Of a stretch of DNA of 49,468 bases, positions 40,159-48,903 are shown in pieces. The stretch spans positions 1-49,468 of the forward strand of contig JAJRZV010000002.1 of assembly GCA_024275095.1 (NCBI GenBank), given 5' to 3'. The notes under the pieces are model-generated. The model worked only from the letters and a program-made list of their open reading frames with translations, was not told the origin of the DNA and made no database searches. Position 1 is the stretch's first letter. Each line of letters opens with the position of its first letter. Both the position numbers and the translations under genes were made by a program. The DNA is from a bacterium (GTDB lineage: Bacteria > JAJRZV01).

Positions 40159-41242
40159 AAAACGAACTCGTCATAACCGGATGGCACGAAACCTCCATGA
40201 AGGCTGAAAACGCGGAAGAGAGTCTCCAGGAGATGATTTTCCAGGCCGCCAGAGGTGCACTTGAAAAAGCAGGAATGAGCAGAGACGAAATTGGCACAGT
40301 GATTGTGGCCTCCTGTGATGTGGTTGATGGTGTGAGCATATCCAATGTTTACTCCGTGGGACCTTCCGGTGCTTTTCTCAAGGACGAGTCAAAAATCGAG
40401 GCTGACGGGGGATTCGCCCTTTACTATGCGATGCTCAGGTTGCTTTCTGGAATTTTCGATTCAGCACTTGTTGTAGCATGGGGAAAAGGCTCTAACTTCT
40501 CACGGTTTCACTACTGGTGGACGCAATGGGAGCCGTTTTTTACACGACCGCTGAAACTTTCACAGGCAGAGGTACTGGCACTCCAGGCAAAGGCGTTTTC
40601 AAGAAAGACAGGTTTCAGCGAATCCGATGCAGCGAAAGTGCTTGAGAAGAACCTCCGCAATGCAGCAGCCAATGGTAACGTTGTGAGAACGTGGAAGGAA
40701 AGCAGGAGGATGTGAGGGGTGAGGTGATAGCCGAACCTTTGAGAGAAGGAGATATTTCCCCTGTTACCGACGGTGCATGTGCAGTGGTGCTGGAAAGGGC
40801 GGAGAATGCACGGGATAAAAAAGGCGTACGAATTGCAGGTGTGGGATTGGGTACAGAAACTTATTACCCCTTCTGGAGAGACCTCTCTGTTCTCAATGCT
40901 GCTGTTCAGGCGTCACGTGTCGCCTTTGAAAGAACAGGGTGGAGTGTTGATGATGTGGATTATTTTGAAGTTGTGGAGAGAACGCCTTATCACGAAGCCA
41001 TGCTTGCTGAAGCGATTGGGATGAAAGTTCGGGATTATCTGGATGGGGGAATGAAAAAGTTTAACCTGTCCGGTGGCGCTCTCGCAGCAGACCCTGAACC
41101 TGCAACAGGACTCGTGAGAATTGTTGAAGCCGCCGGAATTCTTACGGGAAAGTATAACCTCGATGCCGAACGTGTACTTACAGTCAGCGGCTCGGGACTG
41201 GGTTACCAGACCTGCATTGCTTTCGCTCTGGAGAAGGAGTGA
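40155..41242 (+). pseudogene. Thiolase-fold protein, Ltp4-like, split by a frameshift near 40690-40715
   Basis: N-half (DESKIEADG, ALVVAWGK) ends at 40715; C-half (EPLREGDISPVTDGACAVVL, NLSGGALAADP) is in the -1 frame. Confidence 0.8.
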
Positions 41243-41649
41243 TGAAGAAATACATTAAAGATACCATTTCCATACCGTATCAGTGGACCACTGGACGGGC
41301 TGGCTCAGCATTTCTTACAGCACTTAAAGATGATGGTGTGATACTGGCGGCTCGATGCAGCAGCTGCGGGAAACGCTACCTGCCACCACTTTCGTTCTGT
41401 CCGGCGTGTTTCAGGCATATTGACGAGTATGTAAATGCAGGCAGAGAGGGGGAAGTAAAGGAATTTACAGTAACCCGTGACGGTCGGGTAATAGGTGTGA
41501 TTCAGATGGATGGCGCTGATACTCCGTGGCTGCATGTGATTCTTGAGCCTCCGGAGGATGTGAAGGTTGGAATGCGTGTGAGAGCGAAATTGTGCGAGCA
41601 GCGTAGGGGTTCGATTACGGATATTGAAGGGTTTGAGAGAGTGAAATGA
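41239..41649 (+). CDS. DUF35 Zn-ribbon/OB-fold protein
   Basis: CSSC..CPAC, VGMRVRA, RRGSITDIEGF. Confidence 0.87.
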   Translation: MMKKYIKDTISIPYQWTTGRAGSAFLTALKDDGVILAARCSSCGKRYLPPLSFCPACFRHIDEYVNAGREGEVKEFTVTRDGRVIGVIQMDGADTPWLHVILEPPEDVKVGMRVRAKLCEQRRGSITDIEGFERVK

Positions 41650-43001
41650 GAGTGCCTGCCCTGAAGGGTATCTGCCTTTATCTTCCGGCATTCAGGATTG
41701 AGAAAGGTCTTATCGCTTCTCAGTACATGCAGCGAGCCAGAGGCACCAGGACTTTTCGATGGTTTGACGAAGATGAGTGCACCATGGCTATCGAGGCTTC
41801 TATGGGTGTGGTTGAAGGTACAGGCGTTGACACTATCGGTTGCGTTATATATGCCGCTGAAAAAGGGCCTTACCGCAGGAAGTCCACAGCTTCTGTGATT
41901 GCGGATGTGCTGGGCCTTTCTACTGACACCCTCACCGTGGATATAACCGGCTCGGAAAGGGTTTCAGCGGAAGGACTTTTGGTGGCGAAGAGGATATGCG
42001 AGGCGACAGGTCAGGAGGTTCTGGTGACAGGAGGCTTTTGTGAGCACGGTGAACCAGGAAGTGATGAGGATATTCATGGAGGTGATGCAGGATGGGCAAT
42101 GGTGGTTGGAGAAGGAGGAGGTATTGTCCTTGAGGAATTTTGGGTTGCTCGAGCGAACGTGTTTGTCAAATGGGAAAGAGGTGAAGATACATATTTCCTT
42201 CCCGATGGATTTACAGTTCCGTTTGAGCTTCTTCCCACTGCTGCAGCTATACTCAACAGAGCCATCGAAAAGTCCGGTGCTTCTAAGGTTGTAATAGGGA
42301 CATCTTCAAATCGATTGCCTTCGCAACTTAAAAGAAAACTCGGTGACAGGAATATTACCCTTTTTCACCACGATTCCACTACCACAGGCGTCCTCGGGTC
42401 AGCAAGCCTTCCGTTTGCTATGGCAGACGCTGTTGAAAAGTGTGAGCCGGGTGAGTCCATTGTTATGCTTGCACCCGGAGACGGTGCCCTCGCTATTACT
42501 GCGAAATCAAGTGATCCTGATAATGTAAAGATTGTTCGGATCAACGCCGAAAATCCTGTAGTGTTTGACCTCTACGGACTCTACAGAAAAATAGTGACAT
42601 ACTCCTTTGAAGAGGCCGATACATCACCCATTGCGTACTGGAGAGACGCGCAGCGGATTTTTCAGCTTCGCGGAGGAAAATGCGGAAATTGCGGGAAGGT
42701 CTTTTATCCTTATTCGGATTTATGTCCGTCCTGTGGTTTTACCCCCGTTCGGGAAACCGTGCCGCTTTCGCGGGAAGGCAGGGTTTTTACCTATACCACA
42801 GACCACATCACTCCGTCACCGATTGGAAAGGTTACTCATGCTGTGGTGGAACTTGAGGGTGGAGGGCGGATTTTTGTTCAGATGACAGATTCCCTGGAAG
42901 AGATGGTGGAAATAGGAGCTCCCGTAAAGTTAGTGATCAGAAGAATTCACTCTGGCGGTGGCATTGAGAATTACGGCTGGAAGGCGAGGATGGTGAAATG
43001 A
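41646..43001 (+). CDS. HMG-CoA synthase/KAS III-like domain fused to C-terminal DUF35 Zn-ribbon/OB-fold
   Basis: LYLPAFRI, DEDECTMAIEA, GGDAG, GDGA; C-terminal CGNC..CPSC, GRVFTYT, IENYGWKA. Confidence 0.82.
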   Translation: MRVPALKGICLYLPAFRIEKGLIASQYMQRARGTRTFRWFDEDECTMAIEASMGVVEGTGVDTIGCVIYAAEKGPYRRKSTASVIADVLGLSTDTLTVDITGSERVSAEGLLVAKRICEATGQEVLVTGGFCEHGEPGSDEDIHGGDAGWAMVVGEGGGIVLEEFWVARANVFVKWERGEDTYFLPDGFTVPFELLPTAAAILNRAIEKSGASKVVIGTSSNRLPSQLKRKLGDRNITLFHHDSTTTGVLGSASLPFAMADAVEKCEPGESIVMLAPGDGALAITAKSSDPDNVKIVRINAENPVVFDLYGLYRKIVTYSFEEADTSPIAYWRDAQRIFQLRGGKCGNCGKVFYPYSDLCPSCGFTPVRETVPLSREGRVFTYTTDHITPSPIGKVTHAVVELEGGGRIFVQMTDSLEEMVEIGAPVKLVIRRIHSGGGIENYGWKARMVK

Positions 43002-44140
43002 AGGAAGTGTATGTCATTGGCGCAGGATGCACACCGTTTGGAGATTTGCACACCAGAGATGCTGTGGCTATGGCCCGGGAAGCATCTTTCCAGGCCTTGG
43101 AAGATGCCGGTGTGGATATTTCGGATATTGATATTTTTTACGTGGGGAGCGTGAGGTCTGTCACATCAGGGTCATTCCTGGGCAACGCGCTTGGCGTGCG
43201 CAATAAACCCGTGACCAGGGTGGAGAACTTCTGTGCCAGCGGAATGGATGCGGTGAGACAGGCAGCCATTGCCGTGATGAGCGGACAGGCGAGGATTGCA
43301 TTGGCCGTGGGCGTGGAAAAGCTCCGCGATGCCACGCGAAGAGGGTTGGGGTTCAGGTCGTTTCACCCTGTGTTTGTGTTTGGTGCTACACCCCCGGGGC
43401 TTTTCGCACTGGCAGCTAACCGGTACATGCACACTTACGGAATTGGTCGAGAAACCCTGGCAAAGGTCGCCGTGAAAAATCACCGCAATGGAGCCAAAAA
43501 TCCCCTTGCCCATTTCAGGAAGGAAATCACGGTAGAGACCGTATTGAAAGCACCCATTGTCGCCTATCCCTTTGGCGTATTTGATTGCAGTCCCGTCACG
43601 GACGGTGCCTCTGCAGTGGTGATCGCCAGCAGAGATGTGGCAGAAGGATTGGGTAAAGCTCAGGTCTTCATCCGGGGGTTTGGACTTGCAGTAATGCATA
43701 CTGAACCCATGTATGACCCTTCTTTTAAATACACGGGTTTTCCCGTGACAACAGAGGCGGCAGGACAGGCGTACAAGATGGCAGATATATCGCGCCCACT
43801 CGAAGAGATCAGCTTTGCCGAAGTACACGATTGCTTCACCATGACAGAAATACTGAACTACGAAGACCTGGGCTTTGCGGAGAAAGGCGAGGGGTGGAAA
43901 CTTATCGAAGAGGGGGTTACAGAGCTTGAGGGGAAATTTCCTGTTAACCCGTCGGGTGGACTCAAGTCGTTTGGACATCCCATAGGGGCCACGGGCGCGA
44001 GGATGATTTTTGAAGTTTACAGCCAGTTGACAGGACGCTGCGGAGAAAGGCAGGTGAAAAATGCGCATACAGGTCTGGCACATAATATTGGAGGTCCGGG
44101 AACCGTCTCCACCGTGATGATTCTGAGCTTGAGGTCATGA
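42998..44140 (+). CDS. SCP2-type thiolase / acetyl-CoA acyltransferase
   Basis: VENFCASG, EVHDCF, SGGLKSFGHPIGATG, AHNIGG. Confidence 0.9.
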   Translation: MKEVYVIGAGCTPFGDLHTRDAVAMAREASFQALEDAGVDISDIDIFYVGSVRSVTSGSFLGNALGVRNKPVTRVENFCASGMDAVRQAAIAVMSGQARIALAVGVEKLRDATRRGLGFRSFHPVFVFGATPPGLFALAANRYMHTYGIGRETLAKVAVKNHRNGAKNPLAHFRKEITVETVLKAPIVAYPFGVFDCSPVTDGASAVVIASRDVAEGLGKAQVFIRGFGLAVMHTEPMYDPSFKYTGFPVTTEAAGQAYKMADISRPLEEISFAEVHDCFTMTEILNYEDLGFAEKGEGWKLIEEGVTELEGKFPVNPSGGLKSFGHPIGATGARMIFEVYSQLTGRCGERQVKNAHTGLAHNIGGPGTVSTVMILSLRS

Positions 44141-45480
44141 TGCGCCGCCGATACTGGAATGAGAAAATAGAGAAAAAACTGGGCACTCCTGAACTCGATG
44201 CTCTCAGACTCAGAAGGCTAAAGAAAGCCCTCATCTACTTTAAAGAGAATAGTCCCTTTTATCGCAGAAGGTTTAAAGAGGCGGGTTTTGATCCTGAAAG
44301 GATAAAGTCCCTGGAAGATATCAAATATCTCCCGCCGTTTACCAAAGATGACATCAGAATGTCACAGGCGGAGTCCATGGAAAGATACGGACATCCCTAC
44401 GGTATACATCTCACGATAAAACCCCGCGAAATCGCACTTCTATCCGCCACGTCAGGAACTACAGGTGAACCCACGTTCTACGTGTTTGGCAAAGAGGACA
44501 TTAAAGTATGGTGTGAAGTGAGGGCCCGTGCTCTGTGGAGGGTGGGGCTGCGCCCCGGGGATACTCTTATGATAGCCTTCGGTCTGGGCATGTTTGTAGG
44601 GGGTGTACCCAATGTGATAGCTGCACAACATTTTGGACTGGTTACCGTGCCGGTGGGTGCAGAGGGAGGAAGTACAAAGGTGCTCTCGTTTGCACGTTTA
44701 ACCAGACCTAAGGCGCTCATGGGCACCCCTTCACTGGCAAAAATTCTGGTGGAACGTGCTCCGGAAGTTGTGGGAAAGAAAGTAGGAGAGCTGGGCATAA
44801 AGAAGCTCATACTCGGGGGTGAACCAGGTGCTGGAGTGAAAGAGGTAAGGGGATTTCTCTCGAGAGAGTTTGATGCGGAAATTTATGACCTGCAGGGACC
44901 CAACGTGTCCTGTCACCTTCCGGACTACGCAGGTATGCACCGCGTTGGTGACGATTACTACCTTCATGAACTGGTGGACCCGGTGACGAAAGAGCCTATT
45001 CCGCTTGAGGATGGGGCTGAGGGAGAAGTGCTTGTTACGCACCTGTTCAGGGCATCTGCTCCTTTTGTACGGTATGCTCCGGGTGATATTCACAGGGTGT
45101 TTATTTCTCCGTGCTCGTGTGGTTTCAGCGGTTTCAGGACCATGATCGTCGGTCGGACAGATGACATGCTCAAGGTGAAAGGGGTCATTATTTACCCCTC
45201 TACCGTGCAGGGAATCGTTGCGTCCCTGGGTACTCGTCTCACCGGGGAGTTCAGGATTGTTTTGAAGAGCCCGCCCCCCCGTGTTGATGGAACGCTGAAC
45301 CTCCAGGTGGAAGCAGCACCTGATGTGCCCGCCGAAAAGTGGGAACTTATAGCAAGGGAGGTGGAGGAAAAATTCAAGGAAAAAACAGGGATACGACCGA
45401 TGGTGAAGATAGTTTCTGCAGGTACATTTCCCCGTACAGAACACAAAAAAGAATTCTTCATCAGGGAATATGCAAAATGA
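44137..45480 (+). CDS. Phenylacetate--CoA ligase family protein
   Basis: LPPFTKDD, ATSGTTGEP, GTPS, GGEPG, GRTDDMLKVKGV. Confidence 0.88.
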   Translation: MMRRRYWNEKIEKKLGTPELDALRLRRLKKALIYFKENSPFYRRRFKEAGFDPERIKSLEDIKYLPPFTKDDIRMSQAESMERYGHPYGIHLTIKPREIALLSATSGTTGEPTFYVFGKEDIKVWCEVRARALWRVGLRPGDTLMIAFGLGMFVGGVPNVIAAQHFGLVTVPVGAEGGSTKVLSFARLTRPKALMGTPSLAKILVERAPEVVGKKVGELGIKKLILGGEPGAGVKEVRGFLSREFDAEIYDLQGPNVSCHLPDYAGMHRVGDDYYLHELVDPVTKEPIPLEDGAEGEVLVTHLFRASAPFVRYAPGDIHRVFISPCSCGFSGFRTMIVGRTDDMLKVKGVIIYPSTVQGIVASLGTRLTGEFRIVLKSPPPRVDGTLNLQVEAAPDVPAEKWELIAREVEEKFKEKTGIRPMVKIVSAGTFPRTEHKKEFFIREYAK

Positions 45481-45869
45481 AAAAATACAGGCCTTTCATG
45501 AAGGGAGTGATTAAGGTAAAGGATGGAGGGAAGGTTGCTCTCATAGGAGGCAGGTGCAGCAGGTGCGGCAAAAGGTTTTTTCCCCGGCGGGTTTACTGTC
45601 CTGCATGTGGAGCAGAGAAAGTGAACGAATTTGAAATTGGGGGCACTGGCATTGTTTACACTTACACCGTGTGTCACGTGGCTCCCCCCGATGCCGAGGT
45701 TCCCTATGCCATCGGATATGTGGATTTTGACGGGGTTCGTGTTTTCGGAAAGTTTGTGAACTGGCAGGAGAGACTTGATATCGGCAAAGAGGTTGAGTTG
45801 ATACCGTGGAAAGAGGGCGTTACGGAAGAGGGGGATGAACTGATCAGTTATCGTTTTGAGGTGAAGTGA
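45477..45869 (+). CDS. DUF35 Zn-ribbon/OB-fold protein (BbsA-like)
   Basis: ATG 45477 overlaps the upstream stop; CSRC..CPAC, VYTYTV, PYAIGYVD. Confidence 0.87.
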   Translation: MKKYRPFMKGVIKVKDGGKVALIGGRCSRCGKRFFPRRVYCPACGAEKVNEFEIGGTGIVYTYTVCHVAPPDAEVPYAIGYVDFDGVRVFGKFVNWQERLDIGKEVELIPWKEGVTEEGDELISYRFEVK

Positions 45870-47008
45870 TGAGTTGCGCGTTTGTGGCAGGAGTGGGTAT
45901 GACACGTTTCGGAAGATTTCCGGAACGCTTTATCAAGGATATAGGTGCAGAAGCAGTACTTGAGGCCATCAGGGATGCAGGAGTCAATCCTGCAGAAATA
46001 GAAGTGGCTTACTGCGGACACACCCGTGGCGGCTCCACAGTGTGCCAGCGCATCCTCAATGAGATAGGGATTTCAGGTATTGAAATGGTCAACATGGAAG
46101 ATGCATGTGCTTCGGGTTCCGCGGCTTTTCGTTACGCGTATCTGGCTGTTGCCAACGGTATGGCAGACGTTGTGCTGGCCATTGGAGTGGAAAAGTTAAG
46201 TGACAAAATCAAGGGCGTGATACCACCCCGTAAAGATGACCTTGAGGGACTGTTTGGAAGAATTATGCCCTCTGTATTCGCCATGATTGCCAAGAGACAC
46301 ATGTACCAGTACGGCACAAAGGTGGAGCACTTTGCCCTCGTGTCTTACAAAAATCACCTTAACGCGGTAAAGAACCCACGTGCCATGTATCGCAAAGAAC
46401 TCAGCGTGGAGGAGATTCTCAACTCACCCGTTATATGTGAACCAATCACGCTTTACCAGTGTACAGCCAATGCTGACGGGGCGGCAGCAGCCGTGGTGGT
46501 CTCGGAAAGAAAAATTAAGCAACTGGGCAAGCTGCCCGTACGGATTGCGGCGTCTGTCCTGTGTGCGGGTGGGGCCCGCGTGGAGGACTGGGATTACACG
46601 GTATCGCTCTCGACTGTCAATGCATCACGTCGGGCATACGAAGAGGCAGGTATAGGTCCGGAAGACCTGGATGTGATCGAGCTGCACGACTGCTTCAGCG
46701 TGGCGGAACTTGTGCACTACGAGAACCTGGGATTGTGTCCAAAAGGTGAAGGTGCACGCTTCATAGAGGAAAAAAGGTCTTACATCAACGGGGATGTGGC
46801 TGTCAATCCCTCAGGAGGACTGCTTTCAAAAGGCCACCCCCTGGGCGCTACAGGCCTGGGGCAGGTATACGAGGTCGTCCAGCAGCTGAGGGGCAACTGC
46901 GGTGAGAGACAGGTGGAAAATGCGAGGGTGGGATTAACTCACACCATGGGCGGGGGTGTGAGCGGTCTGGAATCTGGAGCGTGTGCCGTACACATCCTGG
47001 TGAGGTGA
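45866..47008 (+). CDS. SCP2-type thiolase (BbsB-like)
   Basis: MEDACASG, ELHDCF, NPSGGLLSKGHPLGATG, THTMGGG. Confidence 0.9.
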   Translation: MMSCAFVAGVGMTRFGRFPERFIKDIGAEAVLEAIRDAGVNPAEIEVAYCGHTRGGSTVCQRILNEIGISGIEMVNMEDACASGSAAFRYAYLAVANGMADVVLAIGVEKLSDKIKGVIPPRKDDLEGLFGRIMPSVFAMIAKRHMYQYGTKVEHFALVSYKNHLNAVKNPRAMYRKELSVEEILNSPVICEPITLYQCTANADGAAAAVVVSERKIKQLGKLPVRIAASVLCAGGARVEDWDYTVSLSTVNASRRAYEEAGIGPEDLDVIELHDCFSVAELVHYENLGLCPKGEGARFIEEKRSYINGDVAVNPSGGLLSKGHPLGATGLGQVYEVVQQLRGNCGERQVENARVGLTHTMGGGVSGLESGACAVHILVR

Positions 47009-47012
47009 GAAG

Positions 47013-48176
47013 GTGAACTTTCATCTCAGTGAAGAACAAAGAGCTTTAATTGATACAGTGCAGAAATTTCTCGAAAAAGAAGTTGATCCTTTTGTGGACG
47101 AGCTGGACAGAAAGGGGCCCATGGACAAGGATACGGCTCTGGAGTTTCTTCACAAACTCAAGCCCTTTGGATATGTCGGCGGCCAGGTTCCGGTTTCTGA
47201 TGGTGGTGACGGTTTGTCACACCTCACCTACGGGCTTTTGCTTGAAGAATTGAAGAAGGTCTATCCTTCTCTTGGAGGAATTGCATCAATTACTGCCTCC
47301 TGTGCGCGGGTGATATCAGAACACGGCAACAAGGAACAGAAACAGCGGTTTCTTCCACCTCTGCTCAGCGCAGAAAAAATCGGTTGCATGGGCATTACAG
47401 AGCCGGATGCTGGCTCTGATGTAAGGTCTATCAGGACAAAAGGGGTGGTGAAAAAAGACAGGGTGGTTCTTAACGGGACAAAAATGTGGATTTCCAACGG
47501 AACGATCGCTGACATTTGCGTGGTGCTGTTCAGAGCATACGATGAGAATGGCAGTGAACTTGGGTTTACCCGGATCGTAGTGGAAAAGGAAGAGTCACCG
47601 TTCGAAGCGCGAGAACTCCACAAGATGGGTTTGAGATCCTTTCCCACTGCGGAATTGCATTTTGACGAATGCGAGGTGCCCCGGGAGAACGTACTCGGAG
47701 GATTTGGGGAGGCCCTGAAGGGTGTAATGCACGGATTTAACGTCGCCCGGGCCAACGTGGCAGCGGGATGCGTGGGCCTCGCTCAGGGTGCTCTTGACCT
47801 CGCAAAAAGGTATGCGAGAGAGCGAAAACAATTTGGAAAGGAAATTGCGAATTATCAGCTTGTTCAGGAGATGATTGCGGATATGGAAATCAAGGTTGAT
47901 GCGGCAAGGCTGCTCACGTATCGCGTGCTGTGGATGCTGGACGAAGGAATTCCATGTGCTCGAGAGGCATCCATTGCCAAGGCTTATGCCACCGAAGCAG
48001 CAGTGCAGGTGGCTTCAGCCGCTCTCCAGGTTCACGGAGCGTATGGACTTTCGGAAGAGTTTCGGATCGAAAGGTATTTCAGGGATGCACGGTGCTATAC
48101 CATTCCGGACGGAACCACCCAGATTCAAAAATTGATTATTGGAAAGGAGGTGCTGGGAACCGGTGCCTTCCGATAG
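47013..48176 (+). CDS. Acyl-CoA dehydrogenase family protein
   Basis: ITEPDAGSD, KMWISNG, RKQFG, HGAYG, IPDGTTQIQK. Confidence 0.92.
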   Translation: MNFHLSEEQRALIDTVQKFLEKEVDPFVDELDRKGPMDKDTALEFLHKLKPFGYVGGQVPVSDGGDGLSHLTYGLLLEELKKVYPSLGGIASITASCARVISEHGNKEQKQRFLPPLLSAEKIGCMGITEPDAGSDVRSIRTKGVVKKDRVVLNGTKMWISNGTIADICVVLFRAYDENGSELGFTRIVVEKEESPFEARELHKMGLRSFPTAELHFDECEVPRENVLGGFGEALKGVMHGFNVARANVAAGCVGLAQGALDLAKRYARERKQFGKEIANYQLVQEMIADMEIKVDAARLLTYRVLWMLDEGIPCAREASIAKAYATEAAVQVASAALQVHGAYGLSEEFRIERYFRDARCYTIPDGTTQIQKLIIGKEVLGTGAFR

Positions 48177-48903
48177 TCTCATTCTTGAAGAAAAGGGCGG
48201 TGTTCTGGTGCTCACCATTAACCGCCCGGAGCACAAGAACGCCTTGAACATAGATGTATTGCAAAGATTGAAGCATGCGTGGGAGGAATTTAACAGGGAG
48301 TCTCGCCTCAAGGTGGCGATACTCACGGGTGCTGGCTCAGAGGCATTTTCTGCCGGTGCAGACCTGAAAGAGATTGCCCGTACAAAAGGCAAAAGAAAAA
48401 AGAGACCCTCTGGCATTCACAAGGGTGTGAAGGTGAAAAAGCCTGTCATTGCTGCTGTTAACGGTCTGGCATACGGAGGCGGGTTTGAGCTGGCCCTGGC
48501 ATGTGACATACGCGTGGCTTCAAAAAATGCCACCTTTGCGCTCAGGGAGGTAACCCTGGGCTTTATGCCGGGAGGCGGTGGAGTTGTACGGCTGGCCCGG
48601 GTTGCCCATCCGGGTTACGCGCTTTATTTACTGCTCACAGGAAAGCCCGTTACAGCACAGGAAGCATACGATGCGGGAATAATAGATTTTATCACGGACG
48701 AGGGGAAGGCCCTGGATAAAGCACTGGCTATTGCAGATGAAATAGCGGCCAATGAACTGGAATCGCTGATTGCCATAAAAGAGTGCTTTTATTCTTCCAT
48801 TGACCTTTCTCTTGAAGAGGCATTGAAAAAGGAAACGTCAGAGGTGAGGAAATTAGCACGGAGGAGCGCTTTTGAAAAACATCTGGAGAGGTTCAAGAAG
48901 TAG
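48163..48903 (+). CDS. Enoyl-CoA hydratase/isomerase family protein
   Basis: INRPEHKNAL, FSAGADL, GGGFELALACD, EVTLGFMPGGGG; GTG start at 48163 assumed. Confidence 0.9.
   Translation: MPSDSLILEEKGGVLVLTINRPEHKNALNIDVLQRLKHAWEEFNRESRLKVAILTGAGSEAFSAGADLKEIARTKGKRKKRPSGIHKGVKVKKPVIAAVNGLAYGGGFELALACDIRVASKNATFALREVTLGFMPGGGGVVRLARVAHPGYALYLLLTGKPVTAQEAYDAGIIDFITDEGKALDKALAIADEIAANELESLIAIKECFYSSIDLSLEEALKKETSEVRKLARRSAFEKHLERFKK

Noticed and set aside
43172-44083. Long antisense ORFs (303 aa here; also 7313-8011, 35385-36098, 44731-45444, 45192-45905)
   Set aside because: Shadows of well-supported + strand genes, with no motifs
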